Source: Alphaproteobacteria bacterium
GTDB taxonomy: Bacteria > Pseudomonadota > Alphaproteobacteria > Micropepsales > Micropepsaceae
Length of the DNA: 42,996 nucleotides
Assembly: GCA_016792645.1 (NCBI GenBank)
Contig: JAEUMM010000052.1
Location: 1-42,996, forward strand
Reading direction: 5' to 3'
The position numbers and the translations under genes were made by a program. The notes beneath the pieces were generated by a model. That model saw only the letters and a list, made by a program, of their open reading frames with translations, was not told the origin of the DNA and searched no databases. Below are positions 36,601-42,996 of this stretch, in pieces; position 1 is the first letter of the stretch; each line of letters starts with the position of its first letter.

Positions 36601-36677
36601 CGCTCGCCGAGCGCCACGGCCTTGATCCGCTTGCGCGTGACTGCCGCGGCGCTCTACGCGAGTTCGCTGTGGCCTAG
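33675..36677 (+). CDS. class III nucleotidyl cyclase - STAND/AAA NTPase - TPR-like multidomain protein
   Basis: Cyclase domain (ATVVFFDVVGSTE..., GGTIARVQGDGVMAVFGAP, IRIGMHFGRI). Walker A LVGAAGLGKSRILFEL, Walker B PLLIVADDTQDFD. About 450-aa helical-repeat C-terminus. The start may be 33762 (MVVDL). Confidence 0.85.
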   Translation: MRSYLPTSHKRQVVHFVTSSLAAGAQVDGMVVDLIDRQRSGGDGTPAMATVVFFDVVGSTEALARLEDEDWRDALEDARDLLDPQIDFIIDTVRDLGGTIARVQGDGVMAVFGAPKPLERHAVNACLAALKVRDHFRDRMLMLGPGMFAAIRIGMHFGRILIRNRKNDIGGVLDIVGHAVHRAKKVEALCPPNAVLVTRETLQLAGAAVDARHWEAGLFELVAVAPHHDLERQFPGDLLEPFVGRAEILSRLVANMGEAYAHKAKALALVGAAGLGKSRILFELSRKLESQGVRVIEMRGHAVHSLTPFAPVKSLVATLLQRDADDLAERPLPPSLTQGIQELMGAPTDDEWNKLDAPSRRRVMIEAACMLIARAATKDPLLIVADDTQDFDAETHDFISRLKTLAADTQIAIVATARTAAALPPAVDDIIRLDLLNEQQSWQFARSTAAGAPIEEADMAQAIRNAAGNPLFLQSLIRHLRSGKKGGATPAELASLVQSRMDELSGLSKTVLWAVAVLRANVAKTTLAATVDVDEAALEPLLVELERHDLVAIDAGGVRFRHDLFRGAVDALLVRWQRNELHRRARRALESQPQTAELLDQLTYHADEAADFTGALGYVLKAVQLAKRTSSLKTIRALYDRAQMLREKAGADAVPALSGVTIESLDALQQSGDREEYRKALEFVAAYAARTGDLPNEGLARAHLALQCWMNAEHEVGLEHARAALAIADKLNATAGLALRALAQPHLANIEHARGNLDRAIALHQEIVAALEGEYEKTTLGRMIVPSVRSRAFLAWFMIDRGRFDDAQAQIARGEEVLRAIEQPYSRVLLNAARGYLALRTGRPQDAIAPLEQARTFCLQQFLVMEPCVTGWLANALVERGDYQRAAEVATHSIKSKLYTHGGRYTWVFVHNALADALFFCGDTPKSIEMAETALSIARESNEPIQIAQALFVRGRLFARAGDPDRGLPDIHAAQALAERHGLDPLARDCRGALREFAVA

Positions 36678-39600
36678 CCGGACAACTGCGTCGGCGAAAA
36701 CCGCACATGCAGACTATTGGGCAGTCCCAGCAACGGCGTTGTGTCGCCCTTCGGTCCCGCGGCGCGTCGCATGAGTTTCAGCTGCGCGCATGCCTTCAGC
36801 ATCTCACGCACGAGCAGCAGCCCGATCCGTTCACCCCAGCAATGATGCAAAGCCATGCGCTCTGCGGAAGCGTCCTTGTCCCCGCCGGGATGCGGCGCGT
36901 CCGCATTCTTCGGTCCGCCGAACGTGAGATAGGCGTTCGCATCGCGCGAAAGCGAAAACTCGTCGGGCGGCGGATTGCCGAACACACGCCAATCGCGGTT
37001 CGCCGCCATCACCATCAGCACCACAAGATCGCCGTCTTCGACGGAGGCGCCCGAAGGCAGCTTGTTCCAGTTGGGATCGTCCGGGTTGGCTTTCACAGTC
37101 CGGAATTGAATCGCGCCGGCCGGATTGAGCCGAAGCGCCTCCTCGATGAACCGCGAGAGCAGCCGATCGTCGGTGGCGCCCTGCGCCGCGATGAGCTCGC
37201 TCGTGTCCATACTGTGATCGATGACAAGCTCCATCACGCGGCAGAACGGCGAACCCACGTTGACCATCAGCGCACCCAGAAGATCCGTGATGATCAGCCG
37301 CGTGCGCCGCATCTTGTCGTCCAAATTGCCGGGCGCCGTCGGCCACTGCTCGACAAGCTTGGCCAGCAGATTGCACGCGCCCGACGGTGAGGCGGCTTCC
37401 TTGGCGATCAGTTGGTCGATGTACAGCTGCATTTCGACCGCCGCTTGCCGAGCCATACCGGCAAGGTCGCCGCGCCGGTTGATGTTCGTGAAAACCTCCG
37501 CGAAGGCAAAGCGCGTCCAAGTTTGCAGCGTAAGATAGGGCCACGAACTCTCCGGAACAGACGGCGCGCGCTGCAGCCATTCGCGCGGCGTTTCGGCGGC
37601 GTTCGTGCGTCCGTATTTCGCGGCAATGGCGACGGGCGTCAGCCAGTTAGGCCCCGTCACGCCGAAGAACTGATGCACGAACAAGAACGGCACCAGGAAT
37701 CCGAACTGCTGCAGCAAGTCCATGCGTCCGGTAGGCCCCACGCGCGCCAGCACCTGACGCGCCGTCTGCGCCGTGAACGCGACCATCTCCTTATGCAGAT
37801 CGTTCACGCCGGTCGGGCAGATTGCACTGTACGCACGCCACAGCATCTCAGTGCGGATCTTACGGTCGGCATCGCCGTCGGGCAGGCCGATGATCACCGT
37901 ATCGGCGGTCAGATGCTTGCCGATATCGAGATAGTGCTTCTCCGTGAACACGGTACTGTTGGTCTGCGCATGCGCAACGTCCGCATGTCGCCCCAAGAAC
38001 ACGACGCCGCGCTCCTGCCCCGTGCTCGACGGCGACAGCTTCAAGCGCTGCGTTGATGGCAGAGTCGCGCCGGGCTTGGCGATGATGATCTTGGCGTAGT
38101 CCTGAAGCCTCTCCTTCGAGATGAGCTCAAAACCCGGCCGTATAGATCCTTCACCCGGTCGGTAGGCTGCGTTCGTCTCCGGCGGCAGCCTATCCTTCTC
38201 GTCCGCGATCGCCCCCAATTCCTTCAGAGCGCCAAGCGCATCGAGGCTGGGAACGAAGAAGTAGTCGCCGCCGCGCGTCGTTACAAAGCGCGGCAAGTGG
38301 GTTTCGGGGGCCGTGCGCCCGCTTTCCTGGAACGCATCTGTATGCCGCTGTTCCGACGCGCCGGTCAGAGGGCACAGTCCGGCGCCGGCCCTGCCGAACA
38401 CCTCGCCCGTGTTGATCCAGTCGCGCTGAATGAACTCGAACTGCAAATCAATGCGCGCGTTCAGCGCCACAAACAACAGGCCACGCGGCTCGCCGTCGCC
38501 GTTCGTCCCCGGCGGCAACAAAGAGCCGCCATAGGAAATGCCGCGTCTCAAGATGCGATGCCGCCGCGCCGCCTCGCCGTCCAGATGGTCGCGCGGATTC
38601 GTGCGCCGCACATGCGCGCCGATCGGGCACTTCTGCCCATGCACATCTTCCGCCTCGAAGCGGAAGTCGTTGATGGTATTCGCGTCGTTCTTGGCCGTTG
38701 CCGCTTGCGCATCGGGATGGCGCACGATCGGCGTTCCGTTCGGCCAGCGTCCCATCATCTGCGCGCCAAGCCGCGCGCGTTCCTCCGGGTCGCGCCGCCG
38801 CTCCTCCAAGAAGGCATGAAAACCCGCGACGTCTTGCTCCAGCTTGCGCCACACAAGATACGTACCGCCGTCGCGCAGTCTCGCGTTTGCGGGCTCGACG
38901 GCAACCAGGCGGTCTTCGTCCTTGAAGCCGAGGAACAGTTCGCCCGTCGCCACTGGCGCCCACGTCCCGTCCGGCATCGGACGTCCGCCGCCGGGCGGTG
39001 GCGGGGAGGGCAGCGCGCCGCCATGCACGTCGGTCAGCACGAACGGCTGACTGATGCCGTCGCGAAAGCCAAAATGCTCCAAGCGCCACGGATAGTCGTG
39101 GATCTGGCCGTCTTGTTCCGTGAACGGATCTTCCCCCATCTCGATGTGGAGGATCTCAGCGCCGATGGCATCGATCGCGATCTCGTTGATTTGCTCGCGA
39201 AGACGGCTTGCGGCGCCGTTCGCCGCCATGCCTCGATTGAACTCGCGCACCGCCGCGCGAAGCTTCGTGCGCTCGCGCGCATCCCGCGCAATCAGCTGCG
39301 CGCTGGACAGCATCAGCAACGCATGCACGCGCCGGTCGCCAAGCGCCCCGTGCCAATTCTCAGGTGCGGACTCGCCGTTGTCGGCCAAGAGATGCGCGCG
39401 CGCCGCCATGCCTTGTTGGAACGCCTCGGGGAACGTCCGCAGCGTGTCGCCGTTGACGCCCAATGTTTTGAGTCCATTGAACGTGAACGACAGCGTCGAT
39501 CGCCAAACGAGGCCGTCCAGAGCAGGCGCGACATCGGCGAACGACGTGGATTGTCCCTTCGCGATTGCGTCGAGGGTCAGCACAATCCGTCCCGCGCGAT

Positions 39601-39874
39601 CCTCCGCCGCCTTCCTGCTCTCGCGCAACGCTTTGGTGTTGCGCGTCTCGTCCGCCGAGTTGGTTCGCAGCACAAACTCGATCAGATCCTTCGCGTCGCC
39701 GGGCCCGTCGTTCGACGAACCGTCCAGGCCCGAGAGGACGAACCGCGCGCGGTTCTTCTTTTCGCTCTTCGACAAGAATCGCAGAAACAGAAACAGCGCC
39801 AAGCCGCGGTGCGCCGCAGTCGTCGTGTGCGATTGAAGATGCGAAACATCGACCGCTATGTTTGGCGTCGCCAT
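36674..39874 (-). CDS. DyP-type peroxidase :: cytochrome P450 fusion protein
   Basis: 1066 aa. DyP motifs in aa ~180-550: HFGFRDGISQP (GXXDG), CPIGAHVRRTNPRD (proximal His), RRGISYGG, GLLFVALNARIDLQFEFIQ. P450 motifs in aa ~600-1066: FIEEALRLNP (ExxR), MAANRDWRVFGNPPPDEFSLSRD, YLTFGG...(insertion)...HHCWGERIG (Cys codon at 36839-36841). GGAG lies 9 nt before the ATG. Confidence 0.85.
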   Translation of the reverse strand: MATPNIAVDVSHLQSHTTTAAHRGLALFLFLRFLSKSEKKNRARFVLSGLDGSSNDGPGDAKDLIEFVLRTNSADETRNTKALRESRKAAEDRAGRIVLTLDAIAKGQSTSFADVAPALDGLVWRSTLSFTFNGLKTLGVNGDTLRTFPEAFQQGMAARAHLLADNGESAPENWHGALGDRRVHALLMLSSAQLIARDARERTKLRAAVREFNRGMAANGAASRLREQINEIAIDAIGAEILHIEMGEDPFTEQDGQIHDYPWRLEHFGFRDGISQPFVLTDVHGGALPSPPPPGGGRPMPDGTWAPVATGELFLGFKDEDRLVAVEPANARLRDGGTYLVWRKLEQDVAGFHAFLEERRRDPEERARLGAQMMGRWPNGTPIVRHPDAQAATAKNDANTINDFRFEAEDVHGQKCPIGAHVRRTNPRDHLDGEAARRHRILRRGISYGGSLLPPGTNGDGEPRGLLFVALNARIDLQFEFIQRDWINTGEVFGRAGAGLCPLTGASEQRHTDAFQESGRTAPETHLPRFVTTRGGDYFFVPSLDALGALKELGAIADEKDRLPPETNAAYRPGEGSIRPGFELISKERLQDYAKIIIAKPGATLPSTQRLKLSPSSTGQERGVVFLGRHADVAHAQTNSTVFTEKHYLDIGKHLTADTVIIGLPDGDADRKIRTEMLWRAYSAICPTGVNDLHKEMVAFTAQTARQVLARVGPTGRMDLLQQFGFLVPFLFVHQFFGVTGPNWLTPVAIAAKYGRTNAAETPREWLQRAPSVPESSWPYLTLQTWTRFAFAEVFTNINRRGDLAGMARQAAVEMQLYIDQLIAKEAASPSGACNLLAKLVEQWPTAPGNLDDKMRRTRLIITDLLGALMVNVGSPFCRVMELVIDHSMDTSELIAAQGATDDRLLSRFIEEALRLNPAGAIQFRTVKANPDDPNWNKLPSGASVEDGDLVVLMVMAANRDWRVFGNPPPDEFSLSRDANAYLTFGGPKNADAPHPGGDKDASAERMALHHCWGERIGLLLVREMLKACAQLKLMRRAAGPKGDTTPLLGLPNSLHVRFSPTQLSG

Positions 39875-40689
39875 TTTCTAAGCTCCGAAAATCGGTCAGT
39901 CTGTTCGTTGTCGTAAAGTCCCGCCTCGTCCGGAAAGTCCTTGGTGTAGGCCTGCTGTTCGATGACGAATTCGTCGAACAAGGCCGCGATATCCGCGACC
40001 GACTTGCCGTCCGGGCCGCGCGTTCGCACGACAAAGGCGTCGAACTGATCTTTGAACACACGCAGTTGCTGCACGCGCGCGACCGAAAGATCCGGATAGG
40101 CCGCAAAGAACGCGTTTGTCTCGATCTGATGCGCGCGCACATAGAGCCAAAACCGCTCGAAGTCTCTGGCGCCGGCGCGCGGATAGCCCTCGCAATTGCT
40201 CCAGATGCGATCCATCTCGGATGCGATCCGTTCCGAGAACATGCGGATATAGGCCTTAAGATCGCCGTCGTAGTTTGACGTGAACACCAGCCACGACGGC
40301 AACACCGGCGCGTCGGGCGGCGGCATCTTGTCGGCCGGGCGATAGTCGGGCGAATAGGGCGCCGGAACATTTGCGGGCAAAGTTGGCGGCGAGGCATGCG
40401 GATCTACGCCTGCGGGCGGCGCTGCCTCATACTCGACGCCCTTGACCGCGGAGTACCTCAAATACTGCTCGGGTCGCACGATGAACCAGCGCGCAAAATG
40501 GATCGTGGCGATGGCGCTGATCGGCGTTGGGATACCGGCGTTCGCCCGCTCGTTCAGCGACGCCAGCAACGACCTCAGCCGTTCTTCATAGGTGCGGTAT
40601 TCGCCCGGGATGAAGCCGCGCTTGATCGGCGTCAGCACGGTGACCTCCGTTACCCTGCCGCGGGCGGTCGATGTGGCCCAAGGATGCAT
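39856..40689 (-). CDS. hypothetical 277-aa protein, first gene of the DyP::P450 operon
   Basis: Clean ORF with balanced composition (VTVLTPIKRGFIPGEYRTYEERL..., TIHFARWFIV, DGDLKAYIRMFSERIASEMDRIWSNCEGYP). I recognise no motif with confidence. Its 3' end overlaps the fusion gene start by 19 nt. Confidence 0.65.
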   Translation of the reverse strand: MHPWATSTARGRVTEVTVLTPIKRGFIPGEYRTYEERLRSLLASLNERANAGIPTPISAIATIHFARWFIVRPEQYLRYSAVKGVEYEAAPPAGVDPHASPPTLPANVPAPYSPDYRPADKMPPPDAPVLPSWLVFTSNYDGDLKAYIRMFSERIASEMDRIWSNCEGYPRAGARDFERFWLYVRAHQIETNAFFAAYPDLSVARVQQLRVFKDQFDAFVVRTRGPDGKSVADIAALFDEFVIEQQAYTKDFPDEAGLYDNEQTDRFSELRKWRRQT

Positions 40690-41006
40690 GGTGGATCACT
40701 CTCTGGTCGCGCAACTACCGGAGTATGTTGCTACCAAATAATGGCGCACTTGTTGAATGTTGTGTTATGTAGAATATTTTCAGAGAAGATTTGACAACGA
40801 TAAGGATTATTTGGATCAAAGATCAATACAGACGCGAGAGGGTCAGAAGAATAATTGCGTGGATCGATCGCTGGGTGCGCGCCGCAGGCAAATGTCTTGC
40901 GCATCGCTGTCGTTTCTTGTGTACGGCGAATTGGGTCAGGCTTGCCAAACGTGGCACGCCTGCCAATAGTCGGCACCAATCCTGTTCTCGTAGCAGTTGC
41001 GCACGG
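40690..41006. promoter_or_regulatory. AT-rich divergent control region
   Basis: Visibly lower GC than its surroundings (e.g. TTGTTGAATGTTGTGTTATGTAGAATATTTTCAGAGAAGATTTGACAACGATAAGGATTATTTGGATCAAAGATCAATAC). sigma70-like TTGAAT-N16-TATTTT (40753-40780), TTGACA at 40791, tandem GATCAA-A-GATCAA (40814-40826). Confidence 0.5.
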
Positions 41007-41750
41007 ATGATCTTACCGGACTTCATATCTCGCCTGACGCCCGACCAGCGGAAGCTATGGGAGACCCCTCCCGTCGCCGTCGTTGAAAAGCAAGTCGTCG
41101 TCAGCCCCGACATGCCCAGCACCGACGTGTTTTTCGTTGTGAAGGGCGAGTTCGAAGTATCGACCTACTCGGAACGCGGGAAGATCGTCTTCTACCGTGT
41201 GATCGGCCCAGGCGATTTGTTCGGCGAACTCGCGGCAATCGACGGCGGGCTGCGCTCGGCGACCGTCACCTCGCTCGGCGAGGGCCTGTTGATCCGTATC
41301 GGGGGCGCCGACTTCAAGAACTTGGTGGAAACGTCCCCCGATGTGGCGATGTGGTTGGTGCGAAGGCACACAGCGCTCATCCGCACCCTGACGGAGCGGC
41401 TCTATCAGCAGATCGCCTACGATGTCGCGACGCGAATCTTGGCCGAGTTGATTCGCCTCGCGGAGGTCGCGGGCGTGACCGACAACCGCGCCCACATTTT
41501 GCGCTTCCCGCCGCACCATGTTCTGGCGACGCGTCTCGGCACAACGCGCGAGGCCGTGACGCGCGAGCTGAATTACTTAGGCCCAAAGGAACAGGACGCG
41601 GCGCCCGGCAACGACGCCGACAACGAGAAGCCCAAGAAGGGCGACAAGAAAGAGAATCTGAATCTCATCGAACAAACGGGGCGAGAATTGATCGTCTACG
41701 ACTTCGCCGCCCTAAGGCGCCTCTTGAGAGAGCGCACGACGATTCCGTGA
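41007..41750 (+). CDS. Crp/Fnr-family transcriptional regulator (cNMP-binding domain + HTH)
   Basis: Start at MILPDFISRL (41007). cNMP-binding beta-roll VFFVVKGEFEV...GPGDLFGELAAIDGGLRSATVTSLGEGLLIRI. HTH LATRLGTTREAVTRELNYL, followed by a charged insertion before ...GRELIVYDFAALRRLL. Confidence 0.85.
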   Translation: MILPDFISRLTPDQRKLWETPPVAVVEKQVVVSPDMPSTDVFFVVKGEFEVSTYSERGKIVFYRVIGPGDLFGELAAIDGGLRSATVTSLGEGLLIRIGGADFKNLVETSPDVAMWLVRRHTALIRTLTERLYQQIAYDVATRILAELIRLAEVAGVTDNRAHILRFPPHHVLATRLGTTREAVTRELNYLGPKEQDAAPGNDADNEKPKKGDKKENLNLIEQTGRELIVYDFAALRRLLRERTTIP

Positions 41751-41891
41751 CACAGCGGCGCTGAATTTGCGCGCAGTGTGCGAAAACACACCAATTACCG
41801 TTCGGCTTTGCCCCTAGCCTAGTTTCCAGGCTGAGGAAAGAAGCGCGCGGGCTGCAAGTCACGCGGCTGCAAGGCGCGCTGCGGTTGACGC

Positions 41892-42449
41892 ATGCAAGAA
41901 GACAGGGCTGGACTAGAGAGATCGAATGGCTCCTATCCGAGAGCCAGACCAACCGCGCAACGGCTGAAAGCGCGTGTCCGGCGATGTCCCGAAAGACCTG
42001 CAGCGCCGCCCCTCGAGCACGCGCTTGCCTTCAAGCGGTACCTCTGCCTCCTCCTTGAGGAGCGGAAGGTCGCGCAGCTTCAAGTGAAGCTGAGACCCGA
42101 TCTATCCACCGACGCTCGCATCGGCGTCCTGGCTCTTTTTCGCGCGGCCCGTGTCATGGCGTTTGCTGTTGACGACCGCACGTTGCTGGTCGCCGCAGGC
42201 CTGCCGATGAGCCGCGCGTTCGCTGCGTTCGCCCGCAGCTACGGCGTTCTCGGCCGAAGGCTTCAAGCGCGCCTGAAAAGAGACTTCGGCCCCGACAGAC
42301 CGGTGCTTTCAGCGGATGAGCAGCAGCGCTTGATCCTCTTGGAGCGTGCGCTTGCGTCTGTCACGCGCGTTGACTTGCCGCCGCCAAACGCTTTCGCGAC
42401 CGCGGGCTTCGATCTGGCTACGATTTATAGCAGCCGACAATCCCGGTAA
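41892..42449 (+). CDS. hypothetical protein (weak call)
   Basis: 185-aa ORF. The 5' third uses many AGA/AGG codons and may be non-coding. The 3' two-thirds look protein-like (helical, LEHALAFKRYLCLLLEERK...). No recognisable motif. Overlaps the convergent protease gene end by 32 nt. Confidence 0.3.
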   Translation: MQEDRAGLERSNGSYPRARPTAQRLKARVRRCPERPAAPPLEHALAFKRYLCLLLEERKVAQLQVKLRPDLSTDARIGVLALFRAARVMAFAVDDRTLLVAAGLPMSRAFAAFARSYGVLGRRLQARLKRDFGPDRPVLSADEQQRLILLERALASVTRVDLPPPNAFATAGFDLATIYSSRQSR

Positions 42450-42996
42450 ATTTGGACGCCTCGCTGCCGACATCCGCGGCCGTCTGTGGCTGCGTCGTCG
42501 CCGCATCCGACCGCGCATAGGTCACGTTGTTCCCGTCCAGGAACGCGCGCAGCACCGATTGCTTCAGGGCGAAGTTCACATTCTGCGAAATGTCGCCCGT
42601 CGTCTTCAACTCGCGCGCCGCGTTGAGCTTGTAGGTGACGATGCCGGCCACGCGCCCGCTTTGGTTCAACACAGGCCCGCCGGAATTGCCGAGCTGAATC
42701 GGCGCCGACATCTGGAAATAGCGCGCGTCATCCCGCAGACCCGACAGGGCGGTCACCGACCCGCGCGTACGATTCCCGCTGCTGGCCAACTGCCCGAGAA
42801 GCGGGTAGCCGAAGACGATGATGTCGTCGCCCGCGCGCAGCTTCTCAGGTTCCTGAAACACGGCAGCCGCCTTCGTTCCGGTCGAAAGTTTGAGCAGCGC
42901 AAGGTCGTTGACCGGGTCGCTTGCCACGACCTTCGCGTCGGCCGAGTTGTTGCTGCCCAGCAGGAAAGAAACCGACCCGCACGACTGCACGACATG
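42418..42996 (-). CDS. trypsin-like (S1/S1C-type) serine protease, 5'-truncated by the window edge
   Basis: DLALLKL (Asp region) and catalytic Ser context PIQLGNSGGPVLNQSGRVAGIVTY. The ORF runs off the right end. Confidence 0.8.
   Translation of the reverse strand, partial: HVVQSCGSVSFLLGSNNSADAKVVASDPVNDLALLKLSTGTKAAAVFQEPEKLRAGDDIIVFGYPLLGQLASSGNRTRGSVTALSGLRDDARYFQMSAPIQLGNSGGPVLNQSGRVAGIVTYKLNAARELKTTGDISQNVNFALKQSVLRAFLDGNNVTYARSDAATTQPQTAADVGSEASKFTGIVGCYKS

Noticed and set aside
38297-39916. 539-aa + strand ORF antisense to the DyP domain
   Set aside because: Arg/Ala/Pro-rich shadow frame. All DyP motifs are on the minus strand.
33675-41750. Pycsar/CBASS-like cyclic-nucleotide defence system
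   Set aside because: Pycsar pairs a stand-alone cyclase with a cNMP-binding TIR or TM effector. Here the only cNMP-binding protein is a Crp-type DNA-binding regulator, and no nuclease, TIR, pore or patatin effector is present. A regulatory cNMP module is the more economical reading.
33621-42449. tRNA-Val-anchored genomic island
   Set aside because: The block begins right after a tRNA and has accessory-looking content. However, I see no integrase, recombinase or transposase, no repeat of the tRNA 3' end downstream by eye, and no obvious GC shift apart from one intergenic region. Island status is therefore unsupported without comparative genomics.

Overview
High-GC chromosomal segment (GC not computed). 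It is most likely alphaproteobacterial, judged from a CpdR-type response regulator, a sigma32/ROSE-like controlled IbpA, an Omp25/RopB-type porin and a PlcP-Agt gene pair. I support about 40 protein genes, one tRNA-Val(GAC) and one candidate small RNA. I saw no rRNA, CRISPR array, transposase or integrase. Much of the window is ordinary core content: esterase, Pat-like acyl-CoA synthetase/GNAT, IbpA, TPR-sulfotransferase, two beta-barrel OMPs, SCP2 plus lysophospholipase-like hydrolase, HisN-like phosphatase, XRE regulator, TypA/BipA, histidine kinase, Sel1 protein, SulP plus beta-carbonic anhydrase, N-formylglutamate amidohydrolase plus GNAT, and CpdR. Two blocks stand out. (1) 20.2-31.0 kb is a glycosyltransferase-rich block. 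Its centre (23916-28885) is five tandem, translationally coupled ~330-aa paralogues with only a GT-B/EX7E-like C-terminal signature, in two alternating subtypes. It is flanked by GT1-like, GT2 and PlcP-Agt-like genes, and no priming transferase or exporter is visible. (2) 33.6-42.4 kb starts right after tRNA-Val. It holds a class III cyclase-STAND-TPR protein, a two-gene operon encoding an unknown 277-aa protein and a 1066-aa DyP-peroxidase::cytochrome-P450 fusion, and a divergent cNMP-binding Crp/Fnr regulator across an AT-rich control region. The P450 domain has a ~20-residue insertion in its Cys-ligand loop and no acid-alcohol pair in the I-helix, and no redox partner is encoded nearby. The DyP::P450 operon is my best candidate for an undescribed system, and the five-paralogue array is second. 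All calls come from reading the sequence and motif recall. No searches were run.
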